Shown: positions 52,769 to 61,137, counted from the first letter of the stretch. The stretch: 64,000 bases of DNA from Candidatus Levybacteria bacterium RIFCSPHIGHO2_01_FULL_41_15 (GCA_001782165.1 MFNV01000002.1:15747-79746); one strand, 5' to 3'. Program-made: numbers and translations. The notes: generated by a model not told the origin, from the letters alone.

Positions 52769-53954
52769 TTTCTTCTTTTAGTTTTTTTAGGAACTCGGGT
52801 ATTTTTATAAGTCCTAGATCTTTTCCCTCCCTTGTTCTTACCGAGATAGATTCGCTTCCTATTTCTTTGTCTCCTATTATACCCATGTATGGAACTTTTT
52901 GCAAAGTAGCGTCCCGTATTTTGGATTGAAGAGTTTTTCCCCTGTTATCAAATTCTGCCCGTATCCCTGATTTTAAAAGTTTCTCATAAATTTTCCTAGC
53001 CTCTCTATTTTGCCGCTCTGTTATAGGAAGTATTGAAATCTGAACAGGAGAAAGCCAGAAAGGCAGATTCCCCTGTGTATGTTCAAGCAGTATCCCTATG
53101 AATCTTTCGATTGAACCTGTTATTCCACAGTGGATCATAACAGGCTGTTTCTTCTTTCCGTCTTTATCAACATAAAATATTTCCATTTTTTGCGGAATTT
53201 GAAAATCCAACTGAATGGTTGCAAGCTGCCAATCCCGGCCATGTGAGTCTTTAATATGAATATCAATCTTCGGTCCGTAAAAAGCTCCGTCTTTGTGTTT
53301 TATACCAAAATTTACCTTGGCATTTTTTAATGCAATTTCTAAATCCTTTTCAGCTTCCTTCCAAGTTTTGACATCCCCCATTGCCTTATCGGGTCTTGTT
53401 GCCAGGTAAAACCTAGGTTTAAATCCCAATGATTTGTAAACCTCAATTACAAGTCTTAAGAGCTTACTTATCTCTTTCCCTATTTGATCCGGACGCACAA
53501 ACAAGTGGGCGTCATCGATAGTAAATTGCCTTACTCTAAAAGCTCCTCCCAGAACTCCCGTTAATTCATTCCTGTGAAGAATGCCGTATTCTGAAAGTTT
53601 TATGGGAAGATCAATATAGCTTCTAATTTGCGAACCGTAGACAATGGCTGACTCTGGGCAGTTCATTGGCTTTAGAGAATAAGCCTGGTCTTCTATTTGA
53701 AAATTAAACATATTTTCTCTAAAGTGTTCCAAATGCCCAGATTTTTTAAAGATACCCGTTTTTATCAGAACGGGGGTTGATATCTCCAAATACCCTTCCA
53801 ATAAAGTAGTGTTTCTTAAAAATTCCTGTAATGTCCGATATATAATCCAGCCTTTTGGATGCCAAAATATTGCTCCGGGAGCATATTCGTGAAAAGAAAA
53901 CAGGTCCAGTTCCTGTCCGATTTGTCTATGATCTTTAATCCCTGAGGTTTTCAT
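52752..53954 (-). CDS. thrS: Threonyl-tRNA synthetase (lacks N-terminal editing domains)
   Basis: DHRQIGQELDLF, LKPMNCP, GAFYGPKID, QLDF. Confidence 0.96.
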   Translation of the reverse strand: MKTSGIKDHRQIGQELDLFSFHEYAPGAIFWHPKGWIIYRTLQEFLRNTTLLEGYLEISTPVLIKTGIFKKSGHLEHFRENMFNFQIEDQAYSLKPMNCPESAIVYGSQIRSYIDLPIKLSEYGILHRNELTGVLGGAFRVRQFTIDDAHLFVRPDQIGKEISKLLRLVIEVYKSLGFKPRFYLATRPDKAMGDVKTWKEAEKDLEIALKNAKVNFGIKHKDGAFYGPKIDIHIKDSHGRDWQLATIQLDFQIPQKMEIFYVDKDGKKKQPVMIHCGITGSIERFIGILLEHTQGNLPFWLSPVQISILPITERQNREARKIYEKLLKSGIRAEFDNRGKTLQSKIRDATLQKVPYMGIIGDKEIGSESISVRTREGKDLGLIKIPEFLKKLKEEIDKKI

Positions 53955-53961
53955 TATTGCG

Positions 53962-54192
53962 CTATTTTACCAATTGAGGGTTGCTTTGTAAATTCGTAAG
54001 AACATAACTAGTTAGATTGGAGATAAAATCACCAATAAACGGAATCCATCCAACGTTTCTGAAAACATTCGTTAAAAGGAAAATGATTATAGAAATCCCC
54101 ACAGTTGCTCCAATAGCCCAGGCAAGTCCGCCTAGGAAATTATTGAGAAGAATTTCTTTTAAGGTTTTTGCAGCTTGTTCAAATCTTGCCAT
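53962..54192 (-). CDS. Small membrane protein (DUF5665-like)
   Basis: NFLGGLAWAIGATVG, IPFIGDF. Confidence 0.75.
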   Translation of the reverse strand: MARFEQAAKTLKEILLNNFLGGLAWAIGATVGISIIIFLLTNVFRNVGWIPFIGDFISNLTSYVLTNLQSNPQLVK

Positions 54193-54252
54193 AAATATAG
54201 TATAGCAGAGAAATTGTAATTAGCCATAGGTTTTGATAAAATCTTAAAGCGC

Positions 54253-54326
54253 GGATCCGTAGCTCAGTTGGTTAGAGCGTTGCATTGACATTGCAAAGGT
54301 CACTGGTTCGAGTCCAGTCGGATCCA
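54253..54326 (+). tRNA. tRNA-Val(GAC)
   Basis: GGATCCG/CGGATCC acceptor; TTGCA-TTGACAT-TGCAA anticodon arm. Confidence 0.96.
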
Positions 54327-54380
54327 CCGTTGATATTTGATGATATTTATTCGCTCATCCACTCTTCAAATAGAGGAATT

Positions 54381-55022
54381 TTATCCCGTCTGAGTTGCAA
54401 CCACGCGTTCGTTTGAGAGGCCAAAAGTTGTACCGTGTTTTCTAAACATTGCCCAGTAGTTTCTCTGTGCTTTTTTGCTTCTCATAACCTTAAGCCATGC
54501 TCCCGAATCTTCTATTTTTACTCTTGCCGCCTTTACTAATGATAACATCCATTGAAAGAATGAAATATGATATTCGCCGGGCTTCTCGATTCGCTGCTCT
54601 ACGGTTATTTCCTTAAACTCCATTGCAATCTCGGCAGATGTCTGAGAAAGCTTTTTAAGTTCAACGAGAATTTCCTGGATTTTTGACTGAATTACTCTTT
54701 GGTTTTCTCTCGTAGATACCCTCTCAGCGTCTATAATTTCCCTTCTATAATTTAGTCCTGATTCTTTGAATGGTGTTTCTTTTTTGGATTTTAAGATTAT
54801 CTCTTCCCCTTCTTTTAGATCCCCCGAGGTTTCGTCTTTCGAAGTATCTGCGCCGAGCATCTGTTCCCAAAGCTGGTTTATACCTTGTCTTCCCAAGTTA
54901 TTTAAGGCAGAGTCGGCAATGCCTGATCCTATCCCCTTAATGACCTCAATAGGGTTTTGATCTACAAAGCCTTGATGCGTTTTCCTAGTTGTTTTACCTT
55001 TCATAAGGCTTAAACTTATCAC
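54381..55022 (-). CDS. Conserved hypothetical protein (DUF5660-like)
   Basis: PGEYHISFF, YWAMFRKHGTTFGLSNER..TQTG C-terminus. Confidence 0.7.
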   Translation of the reverse strand: MISLSLMKGKTTRKTHQGFVDQNPIEVIKGIGSGIADSALNNLGRQGINQLWEQMLGADTSKDETSGDLKEGEEIILKSKKETPFKESGLNYRREIIDAERVSTRENQRVIQSKIQEILVELKKLSQTSAEIAMEFKEITVEQRIEKPGEYHISFFQWMLSLVKAARVKIEDSGAWLKVMRSKKAQRNYWAMFRKHGTTFGLSNERVVATQTG

Positions 55023-55846
55023 AAATTCCTTAGAAAATCAAGTGTTTTCTGCTGTCTTAAGACACCTGCCAGAAGGTACTTATTGTCCTTAAGACTTTTT
55101 CTTTCGTTTTCATCTTTTGCATTCTTTATAGCATCATCGATCTCGCTCTCTGAAACTGTTATTTTTTCAACCTCTGCAATTTTTGCAAGTGCGAATTCAA
55201 GCCTGATATCATCCAGAGCTTTTTTTCCGTAGTCTCTTTTAAGATCATCAACGGTTTTTCTGGTTGAGACTAAATATTGATCTAAAGTAATGCCCAATCT
55301 TTTTATCTCGTCAAGAGTTTGAGCAAGAAGTCTCTCTGTCTCCTGCTCTACTATTATCCGAGAAACCTTAATTTCTATATTTTCCAAAAGAGTCCTAATA
55401 ATTTCCTCAATGCTAGTCTGCTTTTGGTCTTTTCCAGGTATTATAATTTTTCCTTTTGCGTTTAGAGTTTTTAATTCTTCTTTGTATTTACCAAGATCAA
55501 CTTGCGGAGCTTCACATGTTGTTGCTGTAAATGTCCAGATCCCGCCATCCTCAAGTTTCTCAACGTGAATTCTTGGATTAATGATGGGTTTTATGTCGTT
55601 ATTCTTGACAGCATCAGCATAAGCCTGGGGCAGAAGTTTTTTTAGAACTTCTTCTTTTATTTTTTCTTTGTCAACTTTTTGCTCGATTAATTTCCGAGGA
55701 GCTTTTCCTTTCCTAAATCCGGGAATACTTGCCGATTTCGCAGTCTCCTCAATGATCTCATTCACCGTTTTCTTAATAAGACCTTGAGGTATAGCGATGC
55801 TAAGTATTATAGTTCCGTCTTCTTCTCTTGCTACTTTATTTTCCAT
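55019..55846 (-). CDS. tig: Trigger factor (short, no PPIase domain)
   Basis: IPGFRKGKAP ribosome-binding signature. Confidence 0.9.
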   Translation of the reverse strand: MENKVAREEDGTIILSIAIPQGLIKKTVNEIIEETAKSASIPGFRKGKAPRKLIEQKVDKEKIKEEVLKKLLPQAYADAVKNNDIKPIINPRIHVEKLEDGGIWTFTATTCEAPQVDLGKYKEELKTLNAKGKIIIPGKDQKQTSIEEIIRTLLENIEIKVSRIIVEQETERLLAQTLDEIKRLGITLDQYLVSTRKTVDDLKRDYGKKALDDIRLEFALAKIAEVEKITVSESEIDDAIKNAKDENERKSLKDNKYLLAGVLRQQKTLDFLRNL

Positions 55847-55854
55847 AAAAAGGG

Positions 55855-56072
55855 TGCGGACGGAGGGATTTGAATCCCCATGACCTTACGGTCAATAGGT
55901 CCTGCCCGCCTTACCAAAGCCGGTGCCAAGGAGAGGAATCGAACCTCCATGCCTTTCGGCACATGGTCCTAAACCATGCGTGTCTACCGTTTCACCACCT
56001 TGGCAAATCGGCGAGGCAGGTCTGCTCGCCTCGCTGACGATTTTGCGAAGCGGGCCGTTTCACCACGCCCGC
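55855..56072 (-). pseudogene. Disrupted outer tRNA-Leu (anticodon remnant -AG)
   Basis: 5' half GCGGGCGTGGTGAAACGG (56072-56055) pairs with 3' half AGGACCTAT-TGACCGTAAGGTC-..TTCAAAT..CGTCCGCA (55903-55855). Confidence 0.85.
55924..56004 (-). tRNA. tRNA-Leu(TAG), nested inside the disrupted tRNA-Leu
   Basis: GCCAAGG/CCTTGGC acceptor; CATGG-TTTAGGA-CCATG anticodon arm. Confidence 0.96.
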
Positions 56073-56154
56073 ATTTAAATTTACAATTTCTTTATTATTC
56101 CCGCCCGTAACCAATTTCATCGCTCTGGTCCGCGCATCTCAGATTATACAAAGT

Positions 56155-56709
56155 TTATAGCGAAATAGAAAGACTGTCCTGAGGATCAAGAAGAACAAAA
56201 CTTCCAATTCTTTCCATAAAACTTTCAACTCGCACAGCCCATGTGGGTGAGGCCGCATAAATTGCTCCAATCTCGTAAATATTAGTTGCTCCCCATCTGT
56301 CTATATAATTTTCTCTAAGACCCTTTGAAATCGTTGTGATTCCGTCCTCCCAGGACTTAAAGTACGTTACATTATTTCCATAAATTCCCCATCCCCAAGC
56401 GTTATATGTTCCATAGGGAATCTCAAGACCAAATGTAGACTCAACTCCTGATATAGCTGCAACCAATCTCCAGTCAAGATTATATTCATCTGCTCTGTCA
56501 ATAAAAACTTGAGCATAAGATGAGAGAGGAGAATTATAATATTCAAAGAAAGATCTTAAGGTTTTTACACGATTATCCTCACTATTTATTTCCCCTGCTT
56601 TTGCAAGCATGGCAGATGAGCCAGAAGATTTCTCAAAAGCGTAAGCTTCTCCGGTGAAAAGAGAGAATAAAATAAAAAGAATAACTAAAATAAATATTTT
56701 TGTTTTCAT
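56155..56709 (-). CDS. Secreted lysozyme-fold/glucosaminidase-like protein
   Basis: Signal peptide; YNSPL, LDWRLVAAISGVESTFG, YNAWGWG. Confidence 0.75.
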   Translation of the reverse strand: MKTKIFILVILFILFSLFTGEAYAFEKSSGSSAMLAKAGEINSEDNRVKTLRSFFEYYNSPLSSYAQVFIDRADEYNLDWRLVAAISGVESTFGLEIPYGTYNAWGWGIYGNNVTYFKSWEDGITTISKGLRENYIDRWGATNIYEIGAIYAASPTWAVRVESFMERIGSFVLLDPQDSLSISL

Positions 56710-56890
56710 ATTGGATTCTTCTAGAACACAAATAGAACACGGGTTTACGCGGAAAAAGATATGACGTTAAAAGCCATTAAAAAATCCTAACGTATGCATT
56801 TGGAAATGGCATACCTTAGGATCTGGGGGAATTATAGTACATAACTATAGGTTTGTCAAGTCCCAAACTATAGGTTTACATAGGGGTTTA

Positions 56891-57463
56891 TTAAAGCTGA
56901 TTCATGAAGTGGCTGACCGCATACGCCCAGGAACCGTTGTTTGAAGGTGTGTATTTTGTCATTATCTGCTCAGGAGTAACAAGCCCGATAGCCTTGTAAT
57001 CTTTGGAGAGCGTTTTTGCTACCGCCTCTATGGCTTCCTCAAAGCCTGAGAAGCTTATTACCTTCTTTCCATAAATTCCAAAGCCCCAGCAATTGTAAGA
57101 ATTTGAAGGGGCTTTCTTACAAAGATTTGATTCCTGCATTGCTATCGCAGGTAGGAGTCTATAATCGAGATCATATTTTTCAGAAGCTTCTATCAGTTTG
57201 TTTGAAAAAGGCTCAAGGGGAGAGTTGTAGCGGGCAAAGAAATCTCGAAGATTCTCTGTCCGTCCGTCCCTTGATAAAATCTGGTCTTCAAGAAGATTAT
57301 CCGAGCTCGGTAAAGCTGCAAATGCAACAGATTTGTTTACCCTTGATAAAAGATCATTGTTTGCGCTTTTTGTGTATGAAAAATAAGAAAGGTAAGCCAA
57401 GGCTAGAAAGAGTACGAATGGAGTCATCAGAAAGAAGGTTGTGGACAGAATTAACTTCTTCAT
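56891..57463 (-). CDS. Secreted lysozyme-fold/glucosaminidase-like protein (paralog)
   Basis: YNSPL, LDYRLLPAIAMQES, YNCWGFG; start moved to MKKLIL. Confidence 0.75.
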   Translation of the reverse strand: MKKLILSTTFFLMTPFVLFLALAYLSYFSYTKSANNDLLSRVNKSVAFAALPSSDNLLEDQILSRDGRTENLRDFFARYNSPLEPFSNKLIEASEKYDLDYRLLPAIAMQESNLCKKAPSNSYNCWGFGIYGKKVISFSGFEEAIEAVAKTLSKDYKAIGLVTPEQIMTKYTPSNNGSWAYAVSHFMNQL

Positions 57464-57523
57464 TAATACCTTATCTTGGCATACTTTAGATTCAGTTGTC
57501 AAGTTTAGTCGGGTGAGATTTTG

Positions 57524-57595
57524 AGCGGCGGAGGGGAGTTGAACCCCCGACATCTTCCTTGGCAAGGAAGCATTCTACCGCTGAATTACCGCCGC
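57524..57595 (-). tRNA. tRNA-Gly(GCC)
   Basis: GCGGCGG/CCGCCGC acceptor; CTTCC-TTGCCAA-GGAAG anticodon arm. Confidence 0.96.
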
Positions 57596-57655
57596 ACTTC
57601 GTCGCTTTGCTCCTCAGTGTAAACTTTCTAGCTTGCCCTGAGCGCAGGCAAAGGG

Positions 57656-57728
57656 TGCCGAAGCGGTGAATCGAACACCGATAACGTGTTCTTCAGACAC
57701 GCGCCTTGACCACGTTGGCAACTTCGGC
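57656..57728 (-). tRNA. tRNA-Phe(GAA)
   Basis: GCCGAAG/CTTCGGC acceptor; CGTGT-CTGAAGA-ACACG anticodon arm. Confidence 0.93.
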
Positions 57729-57732
57729 AATG

Positions 57733-57805
57733 TGGGTACTGAGGGGCTCGAACCCCCGACATTTGCGATGTAAACGCAACGCTCTACCAACTGAGCTAAG
57801 TACCC
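57733..57805 (-). tRNA. tRNA-Val(TAC)
   Basis: GGGTACT/AGTACCC acceptor; TTGCG-TTTACAT-CGCAA anticodon arm. Confidence 0.96.
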
Positions 57806-58041
57806 ATAATTAATTTTTTTAACTTATCTCTCCCTTTACCAGTTTTTAAGAATAATTCTCTTTTTCGTGCTTCTAATCTAGTCCGATATTCTTCTTTGTA
57901 GATCAACTTGAAAGGTTTTGTTAAACTTGTATACTTACCATGTCCAGAATTATGTTCATGTAGCCGCCTTTCAATATTATTAGTTGATCCAGTATAAAGC
58001 CTATCATTTCTTAAGCTTTTTAATATGTAAACGTACCACAT
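57796..58041 (-). CDS. Small GIY-YIG nuclease; stop codon lies inside tRNA-Val(TAC)
   Basis: MWYVYILKS..LYTGST..RRLHEHNSG..YT..P..L.Y.E..ARKRE..LKTGKGR. Confidence 0.93.
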   Translation of the reverse strand: MWYVYILKSLRNDRLYTGSTNNIERRLHEHNSGHGKYTSLTKPFKLIYKEEYRTRLEARKRELFLKTGKGRDKLKKLIMGT

Positions 58042-58068
58042 TATATCTGACCTGTCGCCTGAGGCGAC

Positions 58069-58191
58069 CGCTCTAGCCAACTGAGCTACGAATCCAGGCT
58101 CTGGCGGACGCGTGTAAACGAGACGCTCTTTCCACGCCTGTCAAGCAGGCGAGCTCAGCTAACGCCTCCGCTCCAACTGAGCTAGGAGTCC
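58069..58191 (-). pseudogene. Two tRNA-Val-like 5' fragments interrupted by hairpins
   Basis: GGACTCCTAGCTCAGTTGG[insert]GGAAAGAGCGTCTCG-TTTACAC-G and GGATTCGTAGCTCAGTTGGCTAGAGCG. Confidence 0.8.
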
Positions 58192-58229
58192 GATTGCTTG
58201 CCCTGAGCGAGCGAAGCGAACCGAACGGG

Positions 58230-58316
58230 TGCCGAGGACAGGACTTGAACCTGCACGCCTTTTTTAAGGGCACAAGAACCTCAATCTTGCGTGTATACCA
58301 GTTTCACCACCTCGGC
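58230..58316 (-). tRNA. tRNA-Leu(GAG)
   Basis: GCCGAGG/CCTCGGC acceptor; CAAGA-TTGAGGT-TCTTG anticodon arm. Confidence 0.95.
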
Positions 58317-58357
58317 GTGGATAGATATTATATCATCTACTCAATTAATCCTCTACT

Positions 58358-58548
58358 CTCTCTGGCAGCGAATCAAACTCTCACGCCCTGCGGGCACTAA
58401 CTTCTGAAGCTAGTCTGCCTGCCCGCCATAGTGCCAGGAAGAGGACTCGAACCTCCAAGGGTTACCCCATACGGTTCTGAACCGTACGCGTCTACCGGTT
58501 TCGCCATCCTGGCATGGCAGGCGGGTCTGCCGATTCCAACACCAGAGC
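58358..58548 (-). pseudogene. Disrupted outer tRNA-Leu(CAG)
   Basis: 5' GCTCTGGTGTTGGAATCGGCAGAC; 3' CTAGC-TTCAGAA-GTTAG, variable arm GCCCGCAGGGC, decayed T arm, CCAGAG. Confidence 0.85.
58432..58513 (-). tRNA. tRNA-Leu(CAG), nested inside the disrupted tRNA-Leu(CAG)
   Basis: GCCAGGA/TCCTGGC acceptor; TACGG-TTCAGAA-CCGTA anticodon arm. Confidence 0.96.
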
Positions 58549-58624
58549 ATATTCGGCGATTATCTTAATTTTACCAAAAAGCCTCGGAGTTGACAATTTT
58601 CCCCGAATATAAGATTATATATTC

Positions 58625-59221
58625 GTGAAGAAATGGTTGATATTTCTTCTCGTCTTAATTTTAATAGTATTTGTTGCGGGCTTTGCATTTTTTCAAGGTA
58701 ACAGAGAAGCTAAGGAAACTGAGAGCAAGACAAAGATAGAGAAAAAAGAAAAATCTATGACCATAACAAGTCCGGCTTTTGGCAACAATCAAAAAATTCC
58801 AGGCAAGTACACTTGTGACGGAGAAAATATAAGTCCGCCTCTTGAATTTTCCGATATTCCAAAAAATGCACAAAGCCTTGTTTTGATAGCTGATGATCCT
58901 GATGCGCCTTCAAAAACCTGGGTCCATTGGATAGTTTACAATATAGATCCGTCAACAAAAAAAGTTGAAGAAAATTCGGTTCCTCAAAGTGGAATTCAAG
59001 GTATGACTGATTTTGGAGAGGAAGGATACGGCGGCCCATGTCCCCCACCTGCTTTGCAGAATCGAGACGAGTCAGGAACCCACAGATATTTTTTTAAACT
59101 TTATGCTCTGGATAGAATGCTTGATGTGCCAGAGGGACTTGCCAAACAACAAATTCTTGAGAAAATGGATGGATTAGTAGCGGATGAGGCGGAATTAGTC
59201 GGACTTTATAGCAGAAAATAA
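58625..59221 (+). CDS. YbhB/YbcL (PEBP) family protein
   Basis: YTCDGENISPPL, DPDAP..WVHW, GPCPP..HRY. Confidence 0.93.
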   Translation: MKKWLIFLLVLILIVFVAGFAFFQGNREAKETESKTKIEKKEKSMTITSPAFGNNQKIPGKYTCDGENISPPLEFSDIPKNAQSLVLIADDPDAPSKTWVHWIVYNIDPSTKKVEENSVPQSGIQGMTDFGEEGYGGPCPPPALQNRDESGTHRYFFKLYALDRMLDVPEGLAKQQILEKMDGLVADEAELVGLYSRK

Positions 59222-59270
59222 TTTATTGTCGCCTCACCGCGACAAATTAAAAGAATGGAGGTGAGGCAAC

Positions 59271-59519
59271 GTGAGTGATAAACCGATCGGAAAAGTTGTA
59301 CATTATTACGATAAGATAGGAGTTGCAATAGTAAGGCTTGGAGGAAAATTGAAAGCCGGAAGCAAATTAAAATTTGCTAAGGGTGATAGTGAATTTAAAC
59401 AGGTCGCAGAATCAATGCAACTTCAACATAAGCAAATTGATGAAGGTAAAAAGGGGCAAGAAATAGGTATTAAGGTCGATCAAAAAACACCCGAAGGAAC
59501 ACTCGTCTACCCCGCTTAA
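59271..59519 (+). CDS. Small beta-barrel protein (translation-factor domain II-like)
   Basis: IGKVVHYYDKIGVAIV, GQEIGIKV; strong SD. Confidence 0.75.
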   Translation: MSDKPIGKVVHYYDKIGVAIVRLGGKLKAGSKLKFAKGDSEFKQVAESMQLQHKQIDEGKKGQEIGIKVDQKTPEGTLVYPA

Positions 59520-59660
59520 TTTCTATTCCGTAGCTGAGCATACCGGTCAGGACCCATTATATCACTATAGCGGTGTCTCGTTTTTGGGACTAAACTTGAT
59601 TTTCAAAAGTATGTGAGATAAATAATATAATATGAAACTGTTTTACATCAGCGATTACTC

Positions 59661-60477
59661 ATGAAAAATAATAAAAAACCTCAAGTTTCCGCAATTGTTC
59701 CTGTTTTTAATGAAGGGGGAAGAGTCGGAAAAGTTATTGACACCCTACTTAAATCTGACTTGATTGATGAAGTTATCTGCATAAACGACGGATCATCTGA
59801 TGGGAGTCTTAAGATTTTAAAAGGATTCGGCAATAAGATAAAATTGATAAACTTTAAAAAAATCAAGGTAAAGGTACAGCGGTCGCAGAGGGAATTGAAG
59901 AAGCAAGAGGAGATTTTTTATTCTTTTGTGACAGCGATTTGATAAACCTCACATCTGGGCATATCGAAAAAATGATCAGTCCAATTTTGGAAGGAGAAGC
60001 ACGTGTTGTTTTTGCCGTCCCTACTCAAAATAAAACTGGGAAATATTGGAGACATGAAGTATTCCTTGCTGGTGAAAGAATTTATCCAAGAGACGCTTTA
60101 CTTCCTCACGTCTCCAAACTTTCTAGAACTAAGGGGGTAGGAGGCAGCGAAGTTTATCTAAACACTTTATTTAGGAGAAAAGAAATAAAATTGTTCCATT
60201 AATAGGATTAAAAAAGCCGTTCAAAGGAAGTAAATGGTCTTCATCTCTTGCTCTAAAACAAGGTTTACTTTCAGTAATTGGTGTACTTCAGGAATCAGGA
60301 CGAATTGAAATCAACTCAATAAGCGACCTAAAACAACTAGAAAATCTTGTACATGTGGATACTTTTGAGAGTTTAATAACAAAAATAGGAGAAATTAAAA
60401 ATAAAAAAATTAAATCAATTTTGAAAAGATATTTCTTGAAATACGTTACAAAATACGTCAAAAAGATTATAGTTTGA
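59661..60477 (+). pseudogene. GT2 glycosyltransferase with two frameshifts
   Basis: VPVFNE, INDGSSD; one extra A at 59856-59862 restores NQGKG..DSD; one extra A at 60187-60190 opens a frame to TGA at 60477. Confidence 0.75.
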
Positions 60478-60490
60478 AAATATTTGTCTC

Positions 60491-60862
60491 CTATATAAGA
60501 GCGCTATGCTTTGATATAAATTGCGCTGTTGTGTTTGAGAGAAAAAGCTTTTTCACTTCTCCAAGAGTAAAAAAATCAAGCAGTTGGTTTTCTGCTCTTT
60601 GAATCTTATTTACGTTGTCGTCAGTTAGTCTGACATGATAGCAAGATTCCGATACATATTCAACGTTGTCAACTTTTACACCCATCTCTTCGTGTACACG
60701 TCTTTCAAGCGCTTTTTCAAAAGATTCTTCCTTCTCTTTAATTCCGCCGATAAGGCACCACGGGTGTTTTTCTTTATCAATTGAACTGTCGCTTTTATGC
60801 ATAAGAAGAACTTTATTTTTATATGTCAGAAGAATTAAACTTTGCTGGGTATTGCCATCCAT
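60491..60862 (-). CDS. NUDIX hydrolase
   Basis: GGIKEKEESFEKALERRVHEEMGV NUDIX box. Confidence 0.85.
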   Translation of the reverse strand: MDGNTQQSLILLTYKNKVLLMHKSDSSIDKEKHPWCLIGGIKEKEESFEKALERRVHEEMGVKVDNVEYVSESCYHVRLTDDNVNKIQRAENQLLDFFTLGEVKKLFLSNTTAQFISKHSALI

Positions 60863-61137
60863 AAATACATTGTAGTCCTATTTACGACCAAAATGTTGAG
60901 GAGAAAAAATTACACGATTTATCACATCCCATCTGAGCACGCCGGCCAAGACCCGTCTAATCGTTATATCTCAAGCCAATTACCTACTGTCATAAGCGGA
61001 CCTCCGCGCTCAGGTCTTTGCGTCATCAGCCTCTCAATCATCGTATTCACAAATTTGTCATCTGGCTGAGCGTGCCGGTCTAGACCCGTTTGATCCTTAT
61101 AGCTGAATCCCAGCTTTAGGGTTATAGTCCGAGTTTG

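Noticed and set aside
48501-55846. Short PheT, ThrS and trigger factor as pseudogenes
   Set aside because: Reading frames and catalytic motifs are intact; domain loss is expected in reduced genomes.
57464-58400. ORF-track extensions and ORFs over tRNAs (57565 start, 58080 start, 58073-58273, 58194-58400; likewise 60964-61209 and 63733-63918)
   Set aside because: They run through tRNA genes and palindromes and are spurious frames.
55855-58548. tRNA introns (group I or BHB) explaining the split tRNAs
   Set aside because: The inserts are too short for a group I core, contain whole tRNAs, and the outer halves have lost bases and T-arm pairing, so splicing would not restore them.
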